This document shows, piece after piece, positions 45,993 to 58,523 of a stretch of 64,000 bases of DNA. The stretch is from NCBI GenBank assembly GCA_963702205.1, contig OY969724.1, positions 1,440,001-1,504,000 of the forward strand, given 5' to 3'. The notes beneath the pieces were generated by a model. It did no database searches. It saw nothing but the letters and a program-made list of their open reading frames with translations, and was not told the DNA's origin. Position 1 is the first letter of the stretch. Each line of letters opens with the position of its first letter. Both the position numbers and the translations under genes were made by a program. The DNA comes from an uncultured candidate division Zixibacteria bacterium. Its GTDB lineage: Bacteria > Zixibacteria > MSB-5A5 > GN15 > PGXB01.

Positions 45993-46553
45993 ATGAAGAG
46001 AGCATTTTTATCAATCGGCATCATGGCGCTTTTTCTCGCCGCAGCGGTATTCGCCGAGGCCCCCAAAGACAAAGAAAAGAAGTCCGCCGCCTCTCCGGAC
46101 ATCGATACCACCCAGGTGACATGGGTTAAGTACGATGAAGGGCTCAAAATGGCCAAAGAGACCGGCAAGCATATCATGGTGAATTTTACCACGACGTGGT
46201 GTGGCTACTGTAAAAAAATGAAGCGCGAGGTTTTCTCAAGCACAGACGTCATAAAATTTCTGAATGAGAATTTCGTCTGCGCGTCGGTCGATGGGGATTC
46301 CAAGGACGAACTTAATGTTGACGGTTACAAAATCACCGAGAGGAATCTGGCCCGGTCCGAGTACCGCGTGTCCGGTTACCCGACTTACTGGTTTTTGAAA
46401 TCCGATGGCGAACGGATCGGCCCCGCTCCGGGTTACAAACCGAAAGAGCAGTTCATGGATATTCTGTATTATGTCAAGAACGACATTTATTCCGATATGA
46501 CTTTCGATGATTTTATGAAAAAGGGCGGCCGCAAGAATTACGAAAAGGAGTAG
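45993..46553 (+). CDS. Exported thioredoxin-fold protein (SoxW/DUF255-like)
   Basis: Signal peptide, WCGYC, GYPT. Confidence 0.85.
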   Translation: MKRAFLSIGIMALFLAAAVFAEAPKDKEKKSAASPDIDTTQVTWVKYDEGLKMAKETGKHIMVNFTTTWCGYCKKMKREVFSSTDVIKFLNENFVCASVDGDSKDELNVDGYKITERNLARSEYRVSGYPTYWFLKSDGERIGPAPGYKPKEQFMDILYYVKNDIYSDMTFDDFMKKGGRKNYEKE

Positions 46554-46567
46554 TGAGGTAAAGGATC

Positions 46568-47092
46568 ATGAAATTTAAACTCGGTTTGATTTTCTTGTCG
46601 TTGGTACTGACGGTGCTGTTTGTCGGATGCTCGTCGTCGAAAACCGATCAGGCAAAAGCCGCGAATAAAGCTTCATCGGGCGAGGTCACCGAAGCCACGT
46701 TCTCGGTTAAGGACCTCAACGGCGATATTCGCACTTACGATGAATACAAAGGCAAAGGACCGCTGATTCTGAATTTCTGGGGAAGCTGGTGTCCGCCGTG
46801 CCGCAAGGAACTGCCCGATTTGAAAAAAATATATGAAGAGTACAAGGGGCAGGGATTGCAGATGGTCGGGCTGGCGGTGCAGGATACACCGGAACGGGTC
46901 CGTCAGTTCGCCCACGACAACAATCTGGACTGGACGATGCTGATGGCCAACAGCGACGCGATCGAGGCGTTTAATGTCGGGACCGGTGTCCCGGTGACGA
47001 TTTTCATCGACCGCAATGGTAAGGAAGTCACGCGCATGATCGGTGCACGGGATTACAATACGTTCAAGGCGGTCGTGGAAAAGATTATATAG
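46568..47092 (+). CDS. TlpA-family thiol:disulfide oxidoreductase lipoprotein
   Basis: Lipobox FVGC, NFWGSWCPPCRKELP, GVP. Confidence 0.9.
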   Translation: MKFKLGLIFLSLVLTVLFVGCSSSKTDQAKAANKASSGEVTEATFSVKDLNGDIRTYDEYKGKGPLILNFWGSWCPPCRKELPDLKKIYEEYKGQGLQMVGLAVQDTPERVRQFAHDNNLDWTMLMANSDAIEAFNVGTGVPVTIFIDRNGKEVTRMIGARDYNTFKAVVEKII

Positions 47093-47294
47093 ATTAGTGC
47101 AATATAGTATTTTTCGAAGCGGGCTTCATGCCCGCTTTTTTGTGGGGAAATATTGAATGATTTAAATAAAATTCCTGTCCTCAATGAATGTCATTCCCGC
47201 GAAAGCGGGAATCCAGTTCTTCGTAAGTTGAAGCCCTTTTGGTTGCTACGTCTTCTATGCACTACATATCCCACGGCAAGCCGTGGGCGACCGG

Positions 47295-47565
47295 CCGTCA
47301 GTTCGCCCACGACAACAATCTGGACTGGGTAATGCTCATGGCCGACAACAAGGCCATCGAGTCGTTTCATATCGGCACCGGTGTCCCGGTGACGATTTTC
47401 ATCGACCGCAATGGCAAAGAAGTGACGCGCATGATCGGTGCGCGCGATTATAATACGTTCAAGGCGGTCGTGGAAAAGATAATTTAGAGTTGCAGGATAT
47501 AGATTTTAAAAAAGCGGGCGCGATGCCCGCTTTTTTTGTGGGGGATATTGGATGATTAAATGAAA
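47295..47565 (+). pseudogene. Diverged duplicate of the TlpA 3' end plus its terminator
   Basis: Collinear with 46900-47170 at offset about 395; stop at 47487; terminator copies at 47117-47141 and 47511-47537. Confidence 0.88.
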
Positions 47566-47827
47566 CTTTTGGGTCTATAAGAATCCCGACATAGAATGTC
47601 GGGCCACCCTGGACCGGGATGACATTGAAATGTCTGGGCGAGTTACTAGCGGCGGGTCTGAGGACCCGCCGATCACAACGTACCGAGCAACATATCTGCA
47701 GCCGAGGGCGTCTGCCGGCTTACAGCACATGTAGGTCGGGTTCTGAATTCCCGTTTTCACGGGAATGAAAAACCCGACATCTTTTTGTCGGGTTTCTCGA
47801 AGACTCGGAACCCGACCTACTTTTTTA

Positions 47828-48262
47828 CTAATCTTCCTGTGATTTGCGTTTGGAGAAATAGATGATGCCGGGCCAGGGTTCATAGCCGGAATGCTCGAAG
47901 GCCGACATCGACGGCGTGTTTTCATCTTCGATCAACGCCGCTATGACGGTGATGCCCAGGCCGTGCAGAAACGTCTCACACTCATCGATCAAACGCCGCG
48001 CCAATCTTTGTCCACGATAGTCGGGATGTACTGCCAGGCGGTTGATCCAGCCTTTGCGTCGGTCGGATGTGCCAATTATAGAGCCGATTAATTTATCGCC
48101 ATCGAACATGCCGAGTATGACGGTCTCGTCGCGGGCAAAATCTCGGGCCATCGAATCCCGCGAATCGCGACCGTGGGGTTTGTGCTCCAGTCCGCAGACC
48201 CGCCAGAGTGCGATCAGGTCGTCGTAGTCGTCGATATCGAGATTTCTAATCTTTGGGTCCAT
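47828..48262 (-). CDS. GNAT acetyltransferase
   Basis: GWINRLAVHPDYRGQRLA. Confidence 0.88.
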   Translation of the reverse strand: MDPKIRNLDIDDYDDLIALWRVCGLEHKPHGRDSRDSMARDFARDETVILGMFDGDKLIGSIIGTSDRRKGWINRLAVHPDYRGQRLARRLIDECETFLHGLGITVIAALIEDENTPSMSAFEHSGYEPWPGIIYFSKRKSQED

Positions 48263-48929
48263 ATTTCTCTTCCAGGATGGCCTCCAGCCGTGAGATGGTT
48301 GTTTCGGTTACTATCGGTTTGTCGTCGGCCCAGTGTTCGCAACCGGTGAAATTCAGAAAGACGCCCCGGGCCGGGACCCCGGCTTCTCTGGCCGAGCGCA
48401 TGCCCGACGCCAGTGTCAAGAGACAGGCGATCCCAATTACCGAAAGGGATTTTTTATCTTTCTTGATTTTCTCAATCTGTTCGGTCAGGGCTCGTTTGGA
48501 AAAATAACATTTGATATCGTATTTTTGAGCCAGTTGATTAATCTTGTTTATTTCGCAGTTAGGGACGCACTGGTCGCAGGTTTTGCCGTACCTGGTTCTG
48601 ACTTTTTTACACTTGTTCTGCATAAGGGCCATGCAGTCGGGCAAAATTATGACGGTGTGTTTAGCTTGATTGAAGGCCTCGCGGTTGATGCGGTCCATTA
48701 TTTCATAGTACACCGCTTCGAGGAGGTACTTTTCTTTGGGATTCAGCCGGAAATCTTTGTCATTGCGGTCGCTTTGGTCGGCCCGGGCTTTTTCGAGGAA
48801 AACGTCGATATTGGCGAACTCCTTTTCAAAGAGCGCATAGCCGTCGGACAGAAATTTATCGGTGAAATCGGAAAGTTTGTCATAGAAATCGTCCCCCAGC
48901 CGGAACGTGATGGTCGGTTTGGTTTTCAT
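48246..48929 (-). CDS. DUF116-family Cys-rich protein
   Basis: ILPDCM, C..C...C.I, IGIAC, GC motifs. Confidence 0.75.
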   Translation of the reverse strand: MKTKPTITFRLGDDFYDKLSDFTDKFLSDGYALFEKEFANIDVFLEKARADQSDRNDKDFRLNPKEKYLLEAVYYEIMDRINREAFNQAKHTVIILPDCMALMQNKCKKVRTRYGKTCDQCVPNCEINKINQLAQKYDIKCYFSKRALTEQIEKIKKDKKSLSVIGIACLLTLASGMRSAREAGVPARGVFLNFTGCEHWADDKPIVTETTISRLEAILEEKYGPKD

Positions 48930-48976
48930 CGATTCATTATAATAAATAGTTGGAGATTCAGCCAGAGCGGGCATAA

Positions 48977-49012
48977 AAAAACCGGCTGACAATTGAAGCT
49001 GCCAGCCGGTAT
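48977..49012 (-). terminator. Intrinsic terminator of the TPR lipoprotein gene
   Basis: ACCGGCTG..CAGCCGGT stem followed by a T-run on the minus strand. Confidence 0.7.
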
Positions 49013-49026
49013 AAGAATTTGGCAAT

Positions 49027-49578
49027 TTAACCGTCGATTTTTTTCTTGGCGTCTTTGCCCCAGCCTTTCATCGTTTTTTCAATCTTGATGCGGCTGGTGC
49101 CCTGACGAGCGTCGATATTTTCCGGGTTGAATTCCAGAGACGCTCCATACTCGTCGTTGGCCTTGTCGAGTTTGCCCATCTGTTCCCAGCTATAGCCGAG
49201 GGCGAAATGTATTTCGGAGCGCACATAGCGGTTATCAGGAGAAAATTTCAGGCCTTTGGAGAGAACATCGAGAGATGGTTGATAGTCGCGGCGTTTTTGC
49301 ATGGCCAGGCCGAGATAATAGTACGCCTCCCAATTATTCTCGTTGAAGGCGATAGCTTTCTCGGCGTGGTCCTGGGTCTGTTTGTATTTGCCCTTGACAT
49401 ACATCACCTTGGCCTGGCTGAGATGCTGGTTGGAGGCCTCGACATTGACCGGGCCGTGGCCCTGCGAGACGGCCATCGGTTCTTCGTGCACGATGACGAC
49501 GTTGCGCGATCCACCGCCGGAGCAGGCAAACATGGTGACGGCCGAAAGGCACAGCAGAAGGAGCACTAATTTTTTCAT
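49027..49578 (-). CDS. Small TPR lipoprotein
   Basis: Lipobox MFAC, TPR helices (AYYYLG, HFALG), GGAGG RBS. Confidence 0.8.
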   Translation of the reverse strand: MKKLVLLLLCLSAVTMFACSGGGSRNVVIVHEEPMAVSQGHGPVNVEASNQHLSQAKVMYVKGKYKQTQDHAEKAIAFNENNWEAYYYLGLAMQKRRDYQPSLDVLSKGLKFSPDNRYVRSEIHFALGYSWEQMGKLDKANDEYGASLEFNPENIDARQGTSRIKIEKTMKGWGKDAKKKIDG

Positions 49579-49617
49579 ATTAACCTCCAGACAATAATAT
49601 TCGAGTTATATGGTACA

Positions 49618-49644
49618 TTATCGGCATGTCGCACGGCAGTCTTA
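49618..49644 (-). promoter_or_regulatory. Sigma28-type promoter
   Basis: Minus strand TAAG-N15-GCCGATAA. Confidence 0.7.
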
Positions 49645-49709
49645 CCCGACTGTGCAAACTTTGAACAGCATCCATTGACATTCAGAGTCCCGGCCGATAT
49701 ATTCTGATC

Positions 49710-50471
49710 GTGTTACTGGCGATTGACATAGGCAATACCGACACGGTGGTCGGTGTCTTCGACGGCGACCATCTGAAAAATAGCTTTCGGGTGGCATCGA
49801 AGCTGAATTTCACCGTGGATGAAAGCGGTTTTTTCGTCACCGGTCTGCTGGAGCGGATGGGGATTGCGTCCGGGGATATCGATCGGGTCGTGATGGCATC
49901 GGTCGTGCCCGGCCTTACCCCAGTTTTCGAGCGCATGTGCCGTAAGTATCTCGCATGCGATCCGCTGGTGGTGTCGTCGAAAGTCAAGCTGCCGATCAAG
50001 CTGGGTTACGATGACCCGCGCGAAATGGGTGCGGATCGTATCGCCGATGCCGTCGCGGCTTTCGCGAAATTCGGCGGCCCGGTTATCCTGGTCGATTATG
50101 GCACGGCGACGACGTTCAACGTCGTGACGGCCGAGGGGGTATATATCGGCGGGGTGATTGCACCGGGTATCAAGACGGCCGGGGCGGGGCTGGCCGAAAA
50201 GGCGGCGCGCCTGTTCGAAGTGCGGATCGAAAAACCGGATCGGATTATAGGTAAAAGCACGGCCGAGTCAATTAAATCGGGGATGTTCTATGGGACAATC
50301 GGGCAGGTCGATGCTATACTGGAACTGATCATGCAGGAGATGGGGCAAAAGCCGAAAATTATCGCGACCGGGGGGTTATCGTCGGAGTTCGCGCCGCATT
50401 CGCAATATATCGAACAGGTTTTTCCGGAATTGACGCTGGATGGTCTCAGAATTATCGCGGACAGTCAATAA
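49710..50471 (+). CDS. coaX: Type III pantothenate kinase
   Basis: IDIGNT, MGADR, VDYGTATT, GGVIAPG, ATGG. Confidence 0.95.
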   Translation: MLLAIDIGNTDTVVGVFDGDHLKNSFRVASKLNFTVDESGFFVTGLLERMGIASGDIDRVVMASVVPGLTPVFERMCRKYLACDPLVVSSKVKLPIKLGYDDPREMGADRIADAVAAFAKFGGPVILVDYGTATTFNVVTAEGVYIGGVIAPGIKTAGAGLAEKAARLFEVRIEKPDRIIGKSTAESIKSGMFYGTIGQVDAILELIMQEMGQKPKIIATGGLSSEFAPHSQYIEQVFPELTLDGLRIIADSQ

Positions 50472-50583
50472 AAATTGCAACTCAAGTCGTTACAGTATAA
50501 TACCTAATAATTTAATCACATTACCGTAAAAATTTTCTGAAACCTCTTGACAAGCTCGGGTTTATACTTATATTCACGAGCTG

Positions 50584-50610
50584 TTAGCACTCTAAATAAA
50601 AGAGTGCTAA
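50584..50610 (+). promoter_or_regulatory. CIRCE element (HrcA operator)
   Basis: Perfect TTAGCACTC-N9-GAGTGCTAA, preceded by TTGACA (50547) and TATATT (50569). Confidence 0.96.
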
Positions 50611-50661
50611 CACGAATAGAATGTAAATGAAGGAGTATAAATCCTAACAGGAGGATGGAAA

Positions 50662-50952
50662 ATGCAGGTTAAGCCGTTAGCAGATCGTGTATTGGTTAAG
50701 CCGATCGACATGGCGGAAGTCAAGAAAGGCGGAATCATTATTCCCGATACCGCCAAAGAGAAGCCTCAGGAAGGCGAAGTGGTGGAAGTCGGCACCGGCC
50801 GCACCACCGAAGACGGCAAGAAGGTCCCGATGGAAGTCAAGAAGGGTGACACCATTCTTTACGGCAAATATTCGGGTTCTGAAGTTCACGTTGATGATGA
50901 TGATTTTCTGATCATGCGCGAGTCAGATATTCTGGCAGTCGTGTCCAAGTAA
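50662..50952 (+). CDS. groES: Co-chaperonin GroES
   Basis: [22 protein letters not shown]. Confidence 0.98.
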   Translation: MQVKPLADRVLVKPIDMAEVKKGGIIIPDTAKEKPQEGEVVEVGTGRTTEDGKKVPMEVKKGDTILYGKYSGSEVHVDDDDFLIMRESDILAVVSK

Positions 50953-50965
50953 ATAAGTGAGGTGA

Positions 50966-52609
<1,644 letters not shown>

Positions 52610-52639
52610 TAAGAAAACCCTCCCCATTTTAATACAGAG

Positions 52640-52665
52640 ACCCCCCGATTTTTCGGGGGGTTTTT
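52640..52665 (+). terminator. Intrinsic terminator of groESL
   Basis: ACCCCCCGA-ttt-TCGGGGGGTTTTT. Confidence 0.8.
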
Positions 52666-52809
52666 GTTTTGGTGTGATAACCCGGTCGGTCACGGAAGAT
52701 AGTACGTTGTGCGCAACGCTGTGGAATTTTGAATCGGGGTGTCCCGCCGCTTTCCAGATCGGAAGGGTGGCCACCCGCCTGGAAGATAAAGTAGCGACTG
52801 TCTTAATTG

Positions 52810-53948
<1,139 letters not shown>

Positions 53949-54209
53949 ATTGCCAATATACAAGGGCAGAACCCTTTCGAAGACCATGATCTTTTGAAGG
54001 GTGGCGGTTCTGCCGTTTTTGTCAAATCAAGATGGCAGAACTGCTCCGCTTCGCTTAGAGTTCTGCCCTACAAGATGTATATAATATTGTCATTCGAGAT
54101 GGCAGGAGCGCTCCGCTTCGCTCGGCTCCTGTCCTGCGAGAAAACTTCACTCTCGCCGGAAGCTCCTGAAAGTCTTGACATATCTGCACGTTTTGCATAA
54201 GATGTCGCC

Positions 54210-54968
54210 GTGACGATGATAGATGTATTCATAACGCAGCTTGTTGACAGGTTCGGTGAGGACCGTCTGACATATCAGAAAGGCCTTCCAACTTTCCACC
54301 CCGAATCGACCGAAGAAGCGGCCGGGGCGATCAAACTGGCCAACGAAGCCGGGCAGAAGATGTATATCACCGGGTTCGGCAATAATATCGATCCGGAAGG
54401 TACCAGGTTCGAAAATCTGGTCATAATCAGGACCGACCGTCTGAACCAGCTTTTGCAGATAGTCCCGCAGGATTATTTTGTCGTGGTCGGAGTCGGGTAT
54501 CCGCTGCGCGAGATCAATTTCAATCTCAAAGAGCATAACCTGTTTTTGCCGCACGCGAACCTTCCGTATGTCGGTTCGGTGGGCGGAGCGCTGGCGGTGG
54601 GGCTGTCGTGCGAATATCAAATGCACGATCTTCCAGTCGGCCGCTATTTTCTCAAGGCCGAGATCGCGACGCCGGAAGGCGAGGTGATCCTTCCCGGATC
54701 GGCCTGTTTCAAATCGGTCTCGGGGTTCGATATCGTCAAGATTTTCTCACCGTCGTGGGGACAGCTGGGACTGATCACGAAGGTCTGGTTTCGGGTGATG
54801 CCGACGTCGGAGGCGTATCTGTACGATCACATCGCGCAGCAGCCGATCGATTACGATAAGTTCGCGCGGTTGTACAGCGATCCCGGGGACAATGTCTCGG
54901 CACAGTATTCATTGAAGATCAAGCAGAAGTTCGATCCGAACGGCGTATTGCCGTTGATTAAGATATAA
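54210..54968 (+). CDS. FAD-binding oxidoreductase (GlcD/GlcE-like FAD domain)
   Basis: GSVGG, FKSVSGFDI, SWGQLGLIT, KFDPNGVL. Confidence 0.8.
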   Translation: MTMIDVFITQLVDRFGEDRLTYQKGLPTFHPESTEEAAGAIKLANEAGQKMYITGFGNNIDPEGTRFENLVIIRTDRLNQLLQIVPQDYFVVVGVGYPLREINFNLKEHNLFLPHANLPYVGSVGGALAVGLSCEYQMHDLPVGRYFLKAEIATPEGEVILPGSACFKSVSGFDIVKIFSPSWGQLGLITKVWFRVMPTSEAYLYDHIAQQPIDYDKFARLYSDPGDNVSAQYSLKIKQKFDPNGVLPLIKI

Positions 54969-55253
54969 AGACAGGCAGGTCTGATGACCTGCCTGAACTT
55001 AGTACTTATTATGCCGTGAGGAAGGGGTTCCTGACGGTGCGGTCTTAATTGCCGCCCGCCCAGTGAAAAGATGGCCGGAGCGCTTCGCTACGCCTGGCTC
55101 CAGCCCTGCAAGATACTTTGATTTGCAAAGCCACAATTGTTGGTTATCTCTACCTGTAAAGTGGGACTCGGAATGCCGACCTACGGTTTGGGGAATTGTT
55201 ATTCCTGTTTCTTTTTTGGTGACAAACCGTAATCTCCGCATATAAATTAACGT

Positions 55254-56459
55254 ATGCCGGAAGTGAACAACAATAACACGACACCTCTGAAAGCCCTTTT
55301 TATCACTCATAATTATATCCGTTATCAGGGGGATTTTTCCGGGGTGTTTTTGCACCTGCTGGCCCGACGGCTAAGAGATCACGGGGTCAATGTGTCGGTG
55401 CTGGCGCCGCACGACGGCGGTCTGCCGGAGTTCGAGATGATTGACGGTATAAGCATATATCGCTTCCGCTACGGCGACGATACGGCCGAGACGTTTGCCT
55501 ATCGGGGTGATATGCACCGCCAGTTGATGTACAATCCGCTGAAATTTCTGCTGCTGCTGAAATTCGTCCGCGAGGCTTATAAACAGGCCGTGAAGATAAT
55601 CAAAGATGAAAATATTGGTATTGTCAACATCCACTGGATTGTCCCCAACGGTCTTATCGGGAAGAAGCTGCTCAGGAAATTCGATGGTAATATCAAGATA
55701 TTTCTAAGCTCGCACGGCACCGATATCAGGCTTTTGACCAAAATTCCGTTCGTACTGAGTTATTTCAGGTTATTTGTCAGAAATTGCCGGGCGTGGACGG
55801 TCGTTTCGACCTTTTTGGCGTCGAAGATTTCGTTAAAAGACCAGGAACTGGGCAATACGATCAAAGTTATAGCGCTGCCCAACGATGAGAGTCTTTTTCG
55901 CCCCATGGATAGAATAAAGAAAGACAGCTTTCTAATTGTGGCGGCGTCTCGGCTGACGGTGCAAAAGCGGCTAAAGCACCTGATCGAAGCGATCCGCCTG
56001 GCATCCGAGCAGGTACCGGACGTGCGTCTCGAAATATACGGGGCCGGTCCGGAGCAGGAGAAGCTTAACCGCCAGATCGAAGAGGCGGGCCTAATCGGTC
56101 GCATCAATATTTTCGAGCCGCTGCCGCAGGATAAACTGGCCGAAGTGTACAACCGGGCTTCGGTTGTAGTCCTGAATTCGTACCAGGAAGGGTTTGGGCT
56201 GGCGCTGACCGAAGCGATGCTGTGCCGTACGGCCGTCATCGGGACGAAATCGGGCGGCATTACGGGTATTATCGATCACGAAAAAACCGGCCTTCTGGTG
56301 CCGGTGGATGACCCGGCAAGCCTGTCAGCAGCGATTGTGAAGCTGGTAACGGATATTGAACTCCGAGACAGTCTGGCCGAAGCGGGGTATCAAAAGGCGC
56401 TCAGGAAATATTCATCGGATTCGTCGGCGCGGGCTTTCGCGGCGATGTTCAGAAAATAA
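55254..56459 (+). CDS. Glycosyltransferase family 4
   Basis: HWIVPNG, SHGTD, EGFGLALTEAM. Confidence 0.9.
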   Translation: MPEVNNNNTTPLKALFITHNYIRYQGDFSGVFLHLLARRLRDHGVNVSVLAPHDGGLPEFEMIDGISIYRFRYGDDTAETFAYRGDMHRQLMYNPLKFLLLLKFVREAYKQAVKIIKDENIGIVNIHWIVPNGLIGKKLLRKFDGNIKIFLSSHGTDIRLLTKIPFVLSYFRLFVRNCRAWTVVSTFLASKISLKDQELGNTIKVIALPNDESLFRPMDRIKKDSFLIVAASRLTVQKRLKHLIEAIRLASEQVPDVRLEIYGAGPEQEKLNRQIEEAGLIGRINIFEPLPQDKLAEVYNRASVVVLNSYQEGFGLALTEAMLCRTAVIGTKSGGITGIIDHEKTGLLVPVDDPASLSAAIVKLVTDIELRDSLAEAGYQKALRKYSSDSSARAFAAMFRK

Positions 56460-56464
56460 TCTGT

Positions 56465-58378
56465 CTACGACTTGAATTTGGATTCGATCTGCATCAGGAC
56501 TTTGTGCGTGTCCGATGCGCAGGAGTCAAGAATTTTGCCTGTGACGAAGCGTCGGAATTTGTGATCTCTTTCGGGACTGCCGTTGGAGTCGAATTCTTTT
56601 TTTGCTGTTTCCCAGAGTTTTTCGACAGTCTTTCCCGACAGGAGGCGGTTGCCGTCGGTGCTTGTTTCCCCGTTTGAAAGAGATATCAAAGCAGATTTCA
56701 GATGATTGTATGGCCAGTCCGAAGTCAGGGCTGTTTTGATCAAACCGAACAGCATTTCCTGGTCGGCGGTTCTCAGATCGTAACCGGCTCGCCGCAGTGC
56801 CACCATTACCGCCGTGCAAACGTGCGCGGCCTTCTTATATTTTGATTGATCTATTTGATTGTCGGAGCATAGATTGTCGAACAGCTCGGAAAACGGCGAC
56901 AGCGATAAGGCCTTGATCTGCTCTTTATGCAGCCCCATCGCCTCCCAGCGAGCCTGCTTTTCCCACAGCGGTTCGGTCAGTTTGCTTCGGATCTTTTCGA
57001 CGCGCTCATCGGTAATTTTCACCGGTGGGTGATCGGTGTCGGGATACATGCGGTCCGGACCGGGCAGGATACGCTCGAAATCGCTGGTTCCGTCTTTGAT
57101 GTCCTGGCGGGTTTCGTGGACGACGCCTTCGGCCAGTTCGGAGATTCTTATTTTTATTTCATTGACAGCCGTGACGACGTCATCGGACGAGCCACATATT
57201 AGGACGATATCGTCACCGTCGCTCCAACCAAGCTGCCCTTTGATTTTATCCCAGTCGGAGGCGGTGATGTCGTACTGATTGGCGTGCGATAAAAAGAGCA
57301 GGTTGGGCATGGTATCGATACAGGCGATTACCCGAACCCGCCCGGATAATTCAAAGGCGAAATTGCGACCCGGCTGAAGTTCTTTGGTGGTTACATCGGC
57401 CAGTTTCGGCAGACACAGGCCGATCACTTTGAGGGGGCGATCGCTTTCCAGACGGCGGCCGAGAGTATCGTTGTTGTCTCGAAAAAGATCGGTGAAGACG
57501 GCTTCGGTGTATTTGATGTCTTCGGGTTTCGGAAATCTTTCGGTATATATTTTCTGCAGCTCCAGCAGACCTTTCTGACGCAGCCCCTCGCTGGCGGTAA
57601 GGGAACGAATATTGTTGACCTTGTGGACACCCTTGATTTCGACTCGTTTGCCGCCGGTGACGGAGACGTTGACATCCTGCCGTACGGTTCCGATGCCGCG
57701 TCGCACCAGCCCGGTGATTTTCATCGAATTGCCCAGCCGACGACACACCTCGGCGGCCTCATCGGGGTTTTTCATCTGGGCGTCGGTGATAATTTCCACG
57801 AGTGGGATTGACAGGCGGTCGGTCGCGAACGTGATGTTATGTCCGAGATCTGAAATTTCCCGGCAGGCTTCTTCTTCGAGGTTGACCTGAGTTATATAAA
57901 TTTTGCCATCTTTATAAGGCATCCAGCCGTCGACGCCAATAATCATCGTCCTTTGAAAGCCGGTCGGGATGGAACCGTCGAGGTACTGCTTGCGAATGAC
58001 ATGAAGTTCATCGACGATCCGGCAGTTGAAATGCAGAGCCAGCTGGATGGCAAAATCGACCGCCTCCTGATTGACCAGAAAAGGGGGGGTGTCGTCCATT
58101 TCATAGGTGCAGGTCAGGTCGCGATAAAGACGATAGATGACGTTCTTCCTGGTCTTGAATTCCATCAGGGCGGTGCCGTCGTATTCTCCCAGTTCCGACA
58201 GCGTTGGCCGCATGTGGCGCAGAAGTTCGGCATCGTGAGGGCCGTGGCTGGACCCCACGGGGCAATGACAGAACAGCTTGCGCTTCGTGTTCAACTGCTG
58301 GTGAATTTCCAGACCGCATTTAAAGCCGAGCCTTTCAAGCTGCTCGTTGGTCGTGTGATGCCGTATAGTATCCTTCAT
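56465..58378 (-). CDS. gatE: Glu-tRNA(Gln) amidotransferase subunit E (archaeal type)
   Basis: GLEIHQQL, RPTLSELGEYD, DGSIPTGFQRT, RRGIGTVRQDVNVS, insertion ELQPGR, ETR..PGPDRMYPDTD. Confidence 0.9.
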   Translation of the reverse strand: MKDTIRHHTTNEQLERLGFKCGLEIHQQLNTKRKLFCHCPVGSSHGPHDAELLRHMRPTLSELGEYDGTALMEFKTRKNVIYRLYRDLTCTYEMDDTPPFLVNQEAVDFAIQLALHFNCRIVDELHVIRKQYLDGSIPTGFQRTMIIGVDGWMPYKDGKIYITQVNLEEEACREISDLGHNITFATDRLSIPLVEIITDAQMKNPDEAAEVCRRLGNSMKITGLVRRGIGTVRQDVNVSVTGGKRVEIKGVHKVNNIRSLTASEGLRQKGLLELQKIYTERFPKPEDIKYTEAVFTDLFRDNNDTLGRRLESDRPLKVIGLCLPKLADVTTKELQPGRNFAFELSGRVRVIACIDTMPNLLFLSHANQYDITASDWDKIKGQLGWSDGDDIVLICGSSDDVVTAVNEIKIRISELAEGVVHETRQDIKDGTSDFERILPGPDRMYPDTDHPPVKITDERVEKIRSKLTEPLWEKQARWEAMGLHKEQIKALSLSPFSELFDNLCSDNQIDQSKYKKAAHVCTAVMVALRRAGYDLRTADQEMLFGLIKTALTSDWPYNHLKSALISLSNGETSTDGNRLLSGKTVEKLWETAKKEFDSNGSPERDHKFRRFVTGKILDSCASDTHKVLMQIESKFKS

Positions 58379-58523
58379 AACGCAGACAAATATATGTTTC
58401 CGGCCCGAAATTCAAAGCGATTTTTTTATTCGATTTATCGAGAAAGTTGTATATCATCATACAGAATTAGTTTGCATAAAACTAAACATGGCCTATATTT
58501 TAAATCTATAGGAGGGAAAAACG

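Noticed and set aside
47239..47487. 82-aa ORF as an independent gene
   Set aside because: Chimera of REP-derived sequence and the TlpA remnant; lacks the CxxC motif and an RBS
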